IMG/VR virus record: IMGVR_UViG_3300032753_000003
Span: 135,866 to 199,865 of that record
Strand: one strand, 5' to 3'
Origin: a virus
DNA: 64,000 bases
The position numbers and the translations under genes were made by a program. Positions 35,720 to 44,721 of the stretch are shown in pieces (position 1 is the first letter of the stretch; each line of letters starts with the position of its first letter). The notes under the pieces are model-generated. The model was not told the origin of the DNA, ran no database searches, and saw only the letters and a program-made list of their open reading frames with translations.

Positions 35720-36325
35720 CATTGCCATTAGTTAGACTTTCAAACGAGTCAAATCTCTTTTTTCTGCACAAGCGAACTATTGCGTAGAAAGCTATTGCGG
35801 GCTTCGGCCAACCTTTCAAAAATCCACTAAAAATTTATGGCAATCTTTCAGGTAGACGGATTGCGATTCTAGTTACATACTGAAGCTTACATAGCCCCTT
35901 ATATGTATATCTAGAAGGTTGCTAGCACTCCGACAATTGCTAGATTTGGGCACAGTACGACCACGCTTTAGGTTGAATGATCGCGGCTCTGAGAAAAAGC
36001 AACCGCAACGGTACTTCTGTTTGATTGACTAGGCACAGTACCGTCCCGTTGGATACCAATCGGCTGGAATAATCGGGTACAGGCCAACCGCCCGTCTTGC
36101 TATGCAAGTCTCCTCAGTCTTTTATGGCTAAAGAACTCATCATGATGCTCTTTACACATACTGATCCCATAAAGGGATCAGTATGGTTGAATCTATCATG
36201 ATACATAAAAGAATATAAATCTATCATGATACATAAAAGAATATAAAATTGTCGAAGTGAGGATAGCGAGCTTGTCGAGCGTTAGACTCACTGAAGACTG
36301 GTTCGATGCTACGCATCGACCATAT
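35720..36325. other. ORF-free, hairpin-rich non-coding island (candidate large ncRNA and/or replication origin)
   Basis: About 600 nt without a credible ORF in an otherwise densely coded genome; many inverted repeats including a perfect 12-bp stem at 36157-36185. Confidence 0.5.
36190..36245. repeat. Perfect tandem duplication of a 28-bp unit containing the palindrome TATCATGATA
   Basis: AATCTATCATGATACATAAAAGAATATA x2. Confidence 0.95.
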
Positions 36326-36328
36326 AAA

Positions 36329-37069
36329 TTACATTTGTTTCTCTACATCCTTAACATGGGACATAAACAAATTGGGATGCATCAATAAACAAGGCGCACT
36401 GAGCCATACTTCTCTAGGACCAGCTGGTTTAAAATTATTCCAATCAGTCAACCAAAAACTATTAGCATCTGGATCAAATATCTCATCCATTAGCTTTACA
36501 CCGTTGGTTGCATTTGATAATAATTCTTGATTGGTAAACGTATAAATCTTTTCTTTGGGTACTTCCATGTTTCCTAGCAAGTGTAGAAGCTCTGTATAAG
36601 TGAGGTTCTTTGGATCGTGTTTAGATACCTTTGATAACTTATCCTGTAGCCAATCAGAGAAGTCGCCAAGACTACTTACAGATTTTCTAAAACTTCTCCA
36701 GATATCAACAGTTAGACATACACCTATCTTGGTATTAACTAATGGGATGACTACCCTCACTGTTCCGTAAGAGCCTGCATAGGATCTGTCTGTACAGCAT
36801 ATCAAACTACGACTACGTTTGGGGTATTCTCGCCACTTTGGGCTATTGTCCATCCACAACGTATAATAGTTACCTATTCTCATAGCGCTTTTTCGAGCAG
36901 TAGTTCTAGCAGTAGGATCTGTGAGCATTACGTCTGCTCGGCTATAAGTTTCGCTGCCTCGATATATTGCAACGTTATGCTCAATAAACTTGTCAGCAGC
37001 AAAGCGAATTTCTTTCTGATACTTTTCAAGTAGCTCTTTTTCGTTAGTCTCTATCTCATGTAGTCTCAT
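36329..37069 (-). CDS. ADP-ribosyltransferase-like protein (R-S-E pattern), paralogue 4
   Basis: IYRG...RSRSLICCTD...A..YG..RVVIP...PREVWL; N-terminal MRLHEI. Confidence 0.6.
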   Translation of the reverse strand: MRLHEIETNEKELLEKYQKEIRFAADKFIEHNVAIYRGSETYSRADVMLTDPTARTTARKSAMRIGNYYTLWMDNSPKWREYPKRSRSLICCTDRSYAGSYGTVRVVIPLVNTKIGVCLTVDIWRSFRKSVSSLGDFSDWLQDKLSKVSKHDPKNLTYTELLHLLGNMEVPKEKIYTFTNQELLSNATNGVKLMDEIFDPDANSFWLTDWNNFKPAGPREVWLSAPCLLMHPNLFMSHVKDVEKQM

Positions 37070-37804
37070 GATTTTAATCCAGTTAGATTTATAAATTTAT
37101 CAACGTCCATTAATACGCAAGGTGCGCTCAGCCATACTTCTTCTCTGGACAAATGTTCAAAATTTTTCCAGGTGGTTAAAATAAACTTATTTTTGACAGG
37201 ATCCATAATGTCCTTCATCATACCAATTCCACCATCGTGTTCCAACTTTTCATTAAACTTGTCGTACATACGCAAGTTGGTTCCTTGAGATTTAATATTT
37301 AGATCTTTTTAACTTTCTAATTAATTCCTGATAGTTCATATTTTCATTATCATCATTGGGCCATTGAATCTCAAATTTTTTATGCAACCAGTAAGTTAGA
37401 TCACTTAACCATCCAAATCTAAAACTTTCCCAAAGGTCTGCAGCCGAACAAACACCTATTGTGCAATTTTCTACTGGTATCACTACCATTGGTTTGCCTC
37501 CCTGACCTTTGTATGACGATGCTATATTGAGACTGGTGCTGCATATCAAACTGCGGCTGCGCTTGGGGAATGATGCCCATGCCGGATCATTGTCCATCCA
37601 TAATGTGTAATAGTTATAGGTGTTGGCGCTTTTGCGTTCAGTTGTGCGTGCAGTTGGATCAACAAACATAACATCACCGCTGTAAGTTTTGCTGCCGCGA
37701 TATATAACTGCCTTTTGAGTTTTAAATTTATCAACAGCAAAATCAATTGCAGATTTATAACGTTCTATTAATCCGCTGTTATCTTCAATTTCATGTAGCC
37801 TAAT
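37066..37804 (-). pseudogene. ART-like paralogue 3 with ATT start and a 1-nt frameshift at ~37306-37310
   Basis: IRLHEI...IYRG...ICSTSLNIASSY...; removing one A from the A5 run restores the frame into ...REEVWLSAPC. Confidence 0.65.
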
Positions 37805-38441
37805 CGTTATCGCCTTTTTGACTTTTAATCCATTCTGCAGCAGCGGGTTTCATAGGCTTTTGAGCTAACCATCTACTTAACTTAGATTCAACAAAACTTA
37901 AATTTGGCTGGTTTGTGTTGTCTACAATATAAAAATTCCTGCCAAACATGCTTTGCAGTTGACTAAGATTGTTCTGTGTGGCTATCCAAAAGTCTTTGAC
38001 TGTATCTGAGTCTATTACTCTTCCAGTAGCTTCTCCGCGACTTTTAACTCTAGCCAGTGCAGTTTCCATATTGGTGTTTACAAACACTATAGCAGTATCA
38101 TACCCCATTTGATCTAGCTCTTCTTTGATAGCTTTGATTCTATCTATCCTACGTCCTGTGCCATCTATCAGCAAACCCAACCTACCATTGAGATAGTTGA
38201 GTTTTTGTTTTTGTGTGAGTTGGTAAAATCTAGGATAATTTTCACCTTTGCCTATTCGGTTATAGATTTCCCAAAATCTATCAACATTGAGTTCTTTGAG
38301 ACCAGTACCTGCAAACAGTTTGTGTGCAATTGTGCTTTTACCAGATCCGGGTGATCCTGCTGTAAACACAGCTTTGAATATGTGAGGATCATGTAGTCCT
38401 TCTGTAACATTAGATACGACTTCTTGGATTTTCATAATCAC
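37800..38441 (-). CDS. P-loop kinase (zeta toxin/AAA_33-like)
   Basis: KAVFTAGSPGSGKST...LLIDGTG...VFVNT.METALARVKSR. Confidence 0.8.
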   Translation of the reverse strand: MIMKIQEVVSNVTEGLHDPHIFKAVFTAGSPGSGKSTIAHKLFAGTGLKELNVDRFWEIYNRIGKGENYPRFYQLTQKQKLNYLNGRLGLLIDGTGRRIDRIKAIKEELDQMGYDTAIVFVNTNMETALARVKSRGEATGRVIDSDTVKDFWIATQNNLSQLQSMFGRNFYIVDNTNQPNLSFVESKLSRWLAQKPMKPAAAEWIKSQKGDND

Positions 38442-39199
38442 ATTTCCTGTAATTTATCTTTGATGACGGATTTATATATGCCTGCATTAAATGCATAGTA
38501 TGATCTTGAAATCATAACTTCTCTAGCAGGTTTGATTCTAATTACTTCATCTAATCCATCATTTCTAGGGTTGAAGTATTCCTTAAATGCATTTAAATCA
38601 ACCAAATCTTCTGGGCTGATCTTGTTATGACCTGATTCAGTTAATAACTTGTTGATCTTCGACATAGCAGTTTGTAGAGATTCGTTGTTGGGAATTAAGT
38701 CAAATACCCAGTCATTTTTAGCATGATGGTATTTCTCAACCCATAGCTTATCTATCAAATCAGTAACATCCTTGTTTGCCCAATTTTTTAAGAATATCCA
38801 TTCTGCTAATGTTATATCAATTTGGGTTGTCCAAGTATATGCGAATCCATTGATTGGAAAGATCACATATGGTTGTCCAAACGCCTCACTGCTTTCCATA
38901 TTACCAACTACAAACGTGCTGTTTGATCTTAACGCAGTCATACCTAGTTTTTTGAGACTGAGCTCAAATAACTCGCTAAGTATTTGATTACTATCTCGAG
39001 GGCGACGATCAGTCCTACTAGAACCTCTGTATATAAGTCTAGTCATATTCATCATACCCCTGTAAAAAATTTTACCAGTTGAAAGATAAACATCAAGTAT
39101 ATCTGTGCAATTTGGCAGCACCAGCTTCTCCCACACTGAATCAAAATTTTGTATTTGTAGGTTGCGTTTTTGACCGGGAGCAATTTCACTTAGTCGCAT
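38438..39199 (-). CDS. ADP-ribosyltransferase-like protein, paralogue 2
   Basis: FYRG...RTDRRPRDS...LRSNSTFV...FG.PYVIFP...AREVMI; N-terminal MRLSEI. Confidence 0.6.
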   Translation of the reverse strand: MRLSEIAPGQKRNLQIQNFDSVWEKLVLPNCTDILDVYLSTGKIFYRGMMNMTRLIYRGSSRTDRRPRDSNQILSELFELSLKKLGMTALRSNSTFVVGNMESSEAFGQPYVIFPINGFAYTWTTQIDITLAEWIFLKNWANKDVTDLIDKLWVEKYHHAKNDWVFDLIPNNESLQTAMSKINKLLTESGHNKISPEDLVDLNAFKEYFNPRNDGLDEVIRIKPAREVMISRSYYAFNAGIYKSVIKDKLQEM

Positions 39200-39947
39200 T
39201 TAATTTTTCCAATATTTTTGAACTATAATAGTAATTTGAAAATGCATAGTACTGACCTTTGATCATTACTTCGTTACGCAATATTAGCGGATCATTTAGA
39301 TCAGTGTTAGTTAGCTCAAAGTATCTTTTAAACCTTGCTTGGTCTACGAGGTCAAGGGGATCAATTGGTTCATACCCGTGCTTTGTTAGCAAGCGATTTA
39401 TCTTTTGCATATTGAATTCTAAGTCTTGCCGTAGATTTGTAAATTCCTCTAGCCAATAGTCGCCGTTATCGCCAGACTCTTTTGCCCATGCATCTTTTAT
39501 TTTGATATAGGTTTCAGAGTTTTTCCAATGCGAACCATAACTTCCTAAATCAATTTCAATATCTCTAAAACTGGTATGTGTGTAGCTGAAACCATCAACT
39601 GGAAATACAATATATACTTCTCCAAATAGTCCAGCATAACGATAGTCACTAATAACAAACGTGCTGTTGGACCTAAGTGCCGTCATACCTAGATTTTTCA
39701 ATTCTAAATCAAACAATTCGCTGAGCATCAACAAACTGTCTTTAGGTCTGCGATCAGTTCTGCTTGAACCTCTAAACATTCTCTTGGGTGCTGTAGCAGA
39801 CCCTCGATAGAAAAATTTATCTGGGTAAGACCTGTACAATTCCAGTATCTGTTTGCAGTTTGGTTCTATCAAACGACTCCATATATTGTCAAATTCTGTC
39901 CAATGTAAACTTTTGGTTTGACCAGGTGCTAATTCACTTATTCTCAT
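39186..39947 (-). CDS. ADP-ribosyltransferase-like protein, paralogue 1
   Basis: FYRG...RTDRRPKDS...LRSNSTFV...FGEVYIVFP...RNEVMI; N-terminal MRISEL; ATAAATA 7 nt upstream. Confidence 0.6.
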   Translation of the reverse strand: MRISELAPGQTKSLHWTEFDNIWSRLIEPNCKQILELYRSYPDKFFYRGSATAPKRMFRGSSRTDRRPKDSLLMLSELFDLELKNLGMTALRSNSTFVISDYRYAGLFGEVYIVFPVDGFSYTHTSFRDIEIDLGSYGSHWKNSETYIKIKDAWAKESGDNGDYWLEEFTNLRQDLEFNMQKINRLLTKHGYEPIDPLDLVDQARFKRYFELTNTDLNDPLILRNEVMIKGQYYAFSNYYYSSKILEKLNATK

Positions 39948-39968
39948 AGTAGGTTATTTATCTGCTGG

Positions 39969-39997
39969 TTGACGGTATTGCAAATGCGTGCTAACAT
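39969..39997 (+). promoter_or_regulatory. Early-type promoter, divergent from the late promoter of the ART array
   Basis: TTGACG-N17-TAACAT with extended TG; the opposite strand has ATAAATA at 39955-39961. Confidence 0.65.
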
Positions 39998-40015
39998 AAG
40001 TCATAGGAGGTCCTA

Positions 40016-40627
40016 ATGGAAGGTTACGCCAAGAAAGAGATCAGCCTACGCTATTGGTTGCTAGGACGCGGTTATCACAAAGCGTCTGAAGCTATGGAAT
40101 TTGGCAAGAGGCATCACAAAGGTGTGCGCAAGGACGGTGCCCCGGAATTCAGCCACCAAGTTGCTATTGCATTGTTTGCCCGCACATTGATTGACAGCTT
40201 GATGTATCCTGAAGAGACTATCACTACCATCTTCTTGCATGACATTCGAGAGGACTATGACATCAGCGACGGAGAGATTCGTACCCTGTTTGGCGACACT
40301 GTCGCAAATGCCGTAGCAGCTATGACCAAGGTCTATCGCAGTCACAAGCGAGATCCATTTGAAGTATTTGACAATTTATCTCAAGATCCGGTGGCTAGCA
40401 TTGCCAAAGGGATGGATCGAATCCATAACTTCTCTACTATGCTGGGAGCATTTAATGTAGCCAAGCAAGAAGAATATATTGCAGAAGCCGAGCTGCATTT
40501 TATACCAATGCTCAAGCGTGCGCGTCGTATGTTCCCTCAACAAGAAGCAGCATATGAGAACGTCAAATGGGCATTGCGTAGTCAGATTGATCTAATCAAA
40601 GCTATTCATGCAGCTAAGAATTCATAA
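40016..40627 (+). CDS. HD-domain hydrolase (SpoT/Mesh1-like small alarmone hydrolase family)
   Basis: RKDGAPEFSHQVAIA...FLHDIREDY...VAAMTK...KGMDRIHN. Confidence 0.8.
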   Translation: MEGYAKKEISLRYWLLGRGYHKASEAMEFGKRHHKGVRKDGAPEFSHQVAIALFARTLIDSLMYPEETITTIFLHDIREDYDISDGEIRTLFGDTVANAVAAMTKVYRSHKRDPFEVFDNLSQDPVASIAKGMDRIHNFSTMLGAFNVAKQEEYIAEAELHFIPMLKRARRMFPQQEAAYENVKWALRSQIDLIKAIHAAKNS

Positions 40628-40637
40628 GGAGTAACAG

Positions 40638-41048
40638 ATGTTAAACAGTATTCCGCTAGTTATGGTATTGTGTTTGTTAGTTTCTCATTGGCTAGCTGAT
40701 TTTGTTGCACAAACTGACAAAATGGCTGTTAACAAGAGCAGCAGCAATTATTGGTTAACTGTTCATGTGGTAGTTTATACAGTTGTTATTTTTGCTGCAA
40801 CAATGTTTTTTAACATTGTATTTTATTACTTGGTCGTGACACCTTTAGTCGCTTTGGTTGTATTGAAGTGGAGCATCCTAAACGGACTGTTGCATTGGCC
40901 AACTGATTATGTAACCAGTCGCATCAATTCTCTGTTATGGAAAAATGAACAGCGTCATTGGTTCTTTGTGATGATTGGTTTTGATCAGATCATACATTAT
41001 ACATGTTTGTTTGTTACATTCTCTTATATTGGTACGTTGCTAATCTAA
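40638..41048 (+). CDS. DUF3307-like membrane protein
   Basis: HWLADFVAQT...H...LHWPTDY...GFDQIIH. Confidence 0.8.
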   Translation: MLNSIPLVMVLCLLVSHWLADFVAQTDKMAVNKSSSNYWLTVHVVVYTVVIFAATMFFNIVFYYLVVTPLVALVVLKWSILNGLLHWPTDYVTSRINSLLWKNEQRHWFFVMIGFDQIIHYTCLFVTFSYIGTLLI

Positions 41049-41091
41049 TCATTGCATCGAACAAGACCGGCAATGCGATTATAAATATCGC

Positions 41092-42834
41092 ATGCTAATA
41101 CAACATCTCCTAGAAACTACCTCCCTCACTGAAATAAAAATGAGTCCTTCAAATTTGAAGGCTATGGCTGCTAGGCTTAGCGGTGTAACAGTCGGTATGG
41201 AATTTGAGATGTATGTTCCCAACGTAGAGTCCGGAGAACTTGAACCCAATTGGGAACCGGATTACGAATATGACGGCTATATCAATACAGGCAGTCGGAA
41301 TGCTTTTAGGAAAGATGTTGCTCAGTTCTTCTCAAGCGGAGACTTTGCAACGGCTGGTAAAAGTTATTTTGAACGTATTATAGATCGAGATGTTTATACT
41401 GAATTTCAGTCATGGTTGGATGACGCTTGGCAAAAGCATGCAGAGGAGGAATTTTCCTCATGGTGGGAAGAAAATCACGACGCTGATGAGGCTGAACCTG
41501 AGCCGGGTACCAGAGACTATGATCGAGCCATGGGTGAGTTTCGAGACGCTGCGTTTGACGAGTGGGCCAACGATGGTGACAAAATAAACGACTGGTTGGA
41601 AGACGAAGGAATTGACAAATACCGTACATTTGGCGATCGCTATGGTCTTGATTGGCCTCATATGATTGGCGAATTGGATTTAGAGACGGTTGCTAACGAT
41701 TTTAGTGATGCAGTGGGTATGCCAGTTAAAACCAGTTCAGAATATCATGGCAGAAAGAAACCCGGCGATGCCTACATGATAGAACCTGATAGCAGTCTCG
41801 ATAGCCCAGAAACTGACGAGGACAGTGGTTTAGAATTTGTAAGTCCTCCGTTATCTCTAACTGATATGATAGATCAATTGCATAAGGTTAAAGATTGGGC
41901 AGGTCAATTTGGCTGCTACACAAACAGAAGTACCGGCCTACATATAAACGTTAGCATGCCTAGCTATAGCATGGAAAATTTAGATTATGTTAAGTTGGCT
42001 TTGTTTTTAGGCGACGAGTGGGTTAGTGACCAGTTTGGCCAACTGGGAAATTCATATGCTCGAAGTGCAATGGAAAAGATACGCGAAAATATAAGATCCA
42101 ATCAAACTCAGCTGCCGGGCATATTGAGTGCTATGAAGAGCGGGTTGTCTAAAGTAGCTAGCAAGATTATACACAGTGGCGAAACCAATAAGTACACGTC
42201 TATCAACACCAAAGACAATCGTATCGAATTCCGCAGTCCAGGAGGCGATTGGCTTGACGCAGATTTAGACAGGGTGATCAATACCATGTTGAGATTTGTA
42301 GTAGCTATGGACATTGCTCTTGATCCAAAGAAAGAGCAACAGGAATATGCTAAGAAATTCTATAAGTTGATGGCAGCTAATGCTAAAACTGAGGATCTAG
42401 ATACTCTCAAATACTTTGCACAATATGCATCTGGTTCTCTTCCCAAGACAGCTCTAAAGAGCTTTGTAAGGAATATACAACAAAAGAGGCAAGAGAAGAA
42501 GAATCCGCCGCAAGCAATGACTAAGGGCGGTACAGAAGTTTATAACATTGTTAGAATACCAGATGAATTGAAGGTGCATGAATTCCTAGCAAAAGATTTA
42601 GATCATGCTATCAAGATAAAAGATGCATGGTTAACAGATCGCGGATTACAACCTGCAAATTACAGGTTAAAACACATTACTAACGAGGAAAATACATATA
42701 GGATATCATATGAAACACCAACAGGTGATAGAAGTGATGTAGACATACGTGCCGATTCTAGAAGAGAAGCACACGATTCGTTTATGAGTATGTTCCCGTT
42801 AAATTATAGTATAGTTGGATTCACACAGATTTAA
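41092..42834 (+). CDS. Putative amidoligase (COOH-NH2 ligase) domain protein, late
   Basis: GMEFE...IEPDSSL...GLEFVSPPL...STGLHINV...KY.SIN...IEFR; TATAAATA at 41080-41087. Confidence 0.8.
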   Translation: MLIQHLLETTSLTEIKMSPSNLKAMAARLSGVTVGMEFEMYVPNVESGELEPNWEPDYEYDGYINTGSRNAFRKDVAQFFSSGDFATAGKSYFERIIDRDVYTEFQSWLDDAWQKHAEEEFSSWWEENHDADEAEPEPGTRDYDRAMGEFRDAAFDEWANDGDKINDWLEDEGIDKYRTFGDRYGLDWPHMIGELDLETVANDFSDAVGMPVKTSSEYHGRKKPGDAYMIEPDSSLDSPETDEDSGLEFVSPPLSLTDMIDQLHKVKDWAGQFGCYTNRSTGLHINVSMPSYSMENLDYVKLALFLGDEWVSDQFGQLGNSYARSAMEKIRENIRSNQTQLPGILSAMKSGLSKVASKIIHSGETNKYTSINTKDNRIEFRSPGGDWLDADLDRVINTMLRFVVAMDIALDPKKEQQEYAKKFYKLMAANAKTEDLDTLKYFAQYASGSLPKTALKSFVRNIQQKRQEKKNPPQAMTKGGTEVYNIVRIPDELKVHEFLAKDLDHAIKIKDAWLTDRGLQPANYRLKHITNEENTYRISYETPTGDRSDVDIRADSRREAHDSFMSMFPLNYSIVGFTQI

Positions 42835-42864
42835 TTCAAGATAAATATATCTGAGGAAATTATT

Positions 42865-43308
42865 ATGGACACTCTAGTAAACGGATATAAGGTATATATT
42901 GCTAGCAATTTTGCACTGTATACAAAAACACATGGTGCACACTTCAACGTGACAGGCATGTTCTTCCCCCAACTACATAAACTGTTCAAAGATCAATACG
43001 AAGATCTTTGGGATGCCCATGACACAATAGGTGAGAATATACGCAAGCTAGATGCGTTTACACCAGCAGGACTTTCAATATACAGCAAGAACAGCATTAT
43101 AGATGATGTTGACGGTGTAATGAGTGCAAGCGGCTATGTTGAAAGATTGTTCATGGATCATGAGCGTATGATTGTTTTGATTAACAAAGTATTTCATCTT
43201 GCCGAAGCAGACGACAAACAAGATCATATGAACTTCCTTGCAGAGAGATTGGATGCACACGGCAAGCATCGCTGGATGCTAAAGACATTGCTGCACAGCA
43301 TAGCTTGA
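42865..43308 (+). CDS. dps: Dps/ferritin-like protein
   Basis: KTHGAHFNVTG..F..LH..F..QY...D.IGE.IR.L...H.KHRWML. Confidence 0.9.
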   Translation: MDTLVNGYKVYIASNFALYTKTHGAHFNVTGMFFPQLHKLFKDQYEDLWDAHDTIGENIRKLDAFTPAGLSIYSKNSIIDDVDGVMSASGYVERLFMDHERMIVLINKVFHLAEADDKQDHMNFLAERLDAHGKHRWMLKTLLHSIA

Positions 43309-43321
43309 TACTTGTGCATTT

Positions 43322-43663
43322 TTGCATTATAGTAAGTTTATGTCTGATATTAGATTCAACATACGCTGGGTAGGACACTGCGAACACAACGATAAGTTGT
43401 GGGGATGGTTCACAGATCTCAATCAAGAAGTTCCAAAATATAAAGTAGCAACACGCTATTGTTTTTGGGGAACAAGAGGAAAAGGTTTGAGTATGAATTC
43501 ACATCCTAATTCATTTGGTCATTCTATGACTGATATAATCAGTCGTAAGAAATCTAATGGATATTCTGCTATAGAAGTAAATGATCTATTGAACATGTGG
43601 CCTACCTTCTATGAAGATTTAGAGCGTAAATTTATATGGATGAAACTTTCAGAACAGATATAG
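43322..43663 (+). CDS. Hypothetical protein
   Basis: 113 aa; start uncertain. Confidence 0.6.
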   Translation: MHYSKFMSDIRFNIRWVGHCEHNDKLWGWFTDLNQEVPKYKVATRYCFWGTRGKGLSMNSHPNSFGHSMTDIISRKKSNGYSAIEVNDLLNMWPTFYEDLERKFIWMKLSEQI

Positions 43664-43670
43664 GAGAATT

Positions 43671-44030
43671 ATGATGAGCAATGTCATCACTATAACAGAA
43701 GCAGCACAAGGCTTCATAGGCAATATATTAAAGCAGAATCCAGGTGCTGCACTGGTAGTTGGCTATGACAACAAAGGTTGTAGTGGTCACAAGTACACTT
43801 TTAACTTATGCATGGATGAAGAGATTCCAGCAGACACAGATAGCGTAACTATCCCTGAGGGCAGAGTGGTAATAGCGCCATGGAGTGTTATGGGATTACT
43901 TGGTGCTACCTTAGATCTACATGTTGATCAGTTTGATCAATTTTTAGTGTGGGACAATCCTATGGCTGTTAGTTCTTGTGGATGTGGAGATAGTTTTCAA
44001 CTGCCTGGCGAAGAAGGATGCGGTTCATGA
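43671..44030 (+). CDS. HesB/IscA family Fe-S assembly accessory protein
   Basis: ITITEAA...KGCSGHKY...NP.AVSSCGCGDSF. Confidence 0.9.
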   Translation: MMSNVITITEAAQGFIGNILKQNPGAALVVGYDNKGCSGHKYTFNLCMDEEIPADTDSVTIPEGRVVIAPWSVMGLLGATLDLHVDQFDQFLVWDNPMAVSSCGCGDSFQLPGEEGCGS

Positions 44031-44668
44031 CGATCAATCACGAATATACATATAGGATGCTATATGGAAAATATGCGTGGAAAGTCAAGCTTGTTTTGCC
44101 ATCTTCTAAAATTAGAGATCCCAAAACTAAAAGAAGATTGTATAATCAAAGCAAGACAGATATCTTAAGGCCAGTTATGAATTGGTTAACAACTAATCAC
44201 TTGCAGCAATATAGATTACTGAAAAGTTGGCGAGTAAAGAGATCTCAATCTAAAGACTTAATTGATGTTTGTTACCTAACTGTATTCTTAGATAACCAAG
44301 ATGCATATGATGGTCTAGTATCAAAATTCAACGCCAATGTACAAGCCACAATGGCTCCTGCAAATGAGCATCATGCTGATCTAATTAAGCAAGGTGCTCA
44401 TATAGAAATAAGAAGCAAGCTCTACTATAATCTGTATAGATATCGTGTTTCATTTTGGGGAGGTTGGTGGGGAGATACTCGCAAAGAGATACTACACACC
44501 ATCAATAATTGCCTAAATGACGATACCAAAAAGGTTCAAGATTATAGAGTCTATGACAGTGATTGCACTCTCTATCTAAAAGAATCAAAAGATCTCATGA
44601 TGATTAAATTATCTCTAAGTGAAAAGATAAGAGATACTAGAGCAATAGCACTAACAAGTGAGATCTGA
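44018..44668 (+). CDS. Hypothetical protein
   Basis: 216 aa ORF. Confidence 0.65.
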   Translation: MRFMTINHEYTYRMLYGKYAWKVKLVLPSSKIRDPKTKRRLYNQSKTDILRPVMNWLTTNHLQQYRLLKSWRVKRSQSKDLIDVCYLTVFLDNQDAYDGLVSKFNANVQATMAPANEHHADLIKQGAHIEIRSKLYYNLYRYRVSFWGGWWGDTRKEILHTINNCLNDDTKKVQDYRVYDSDCTLYLKESKDLMMIKLSLSEKIRDTRAIALTSEI

Positions 44669-44721
44669 AACCCATATGACCCTTGACATTGTAAATAAGC
44701 AGTCAACAAAGGCTGCTAACA

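Noticed and set aside
36190..36245. 28-bp repeat as a mini CRISPR array
   Set aside because: The two copies are directly adjacent with no spacer, and no cas genes are in the window.
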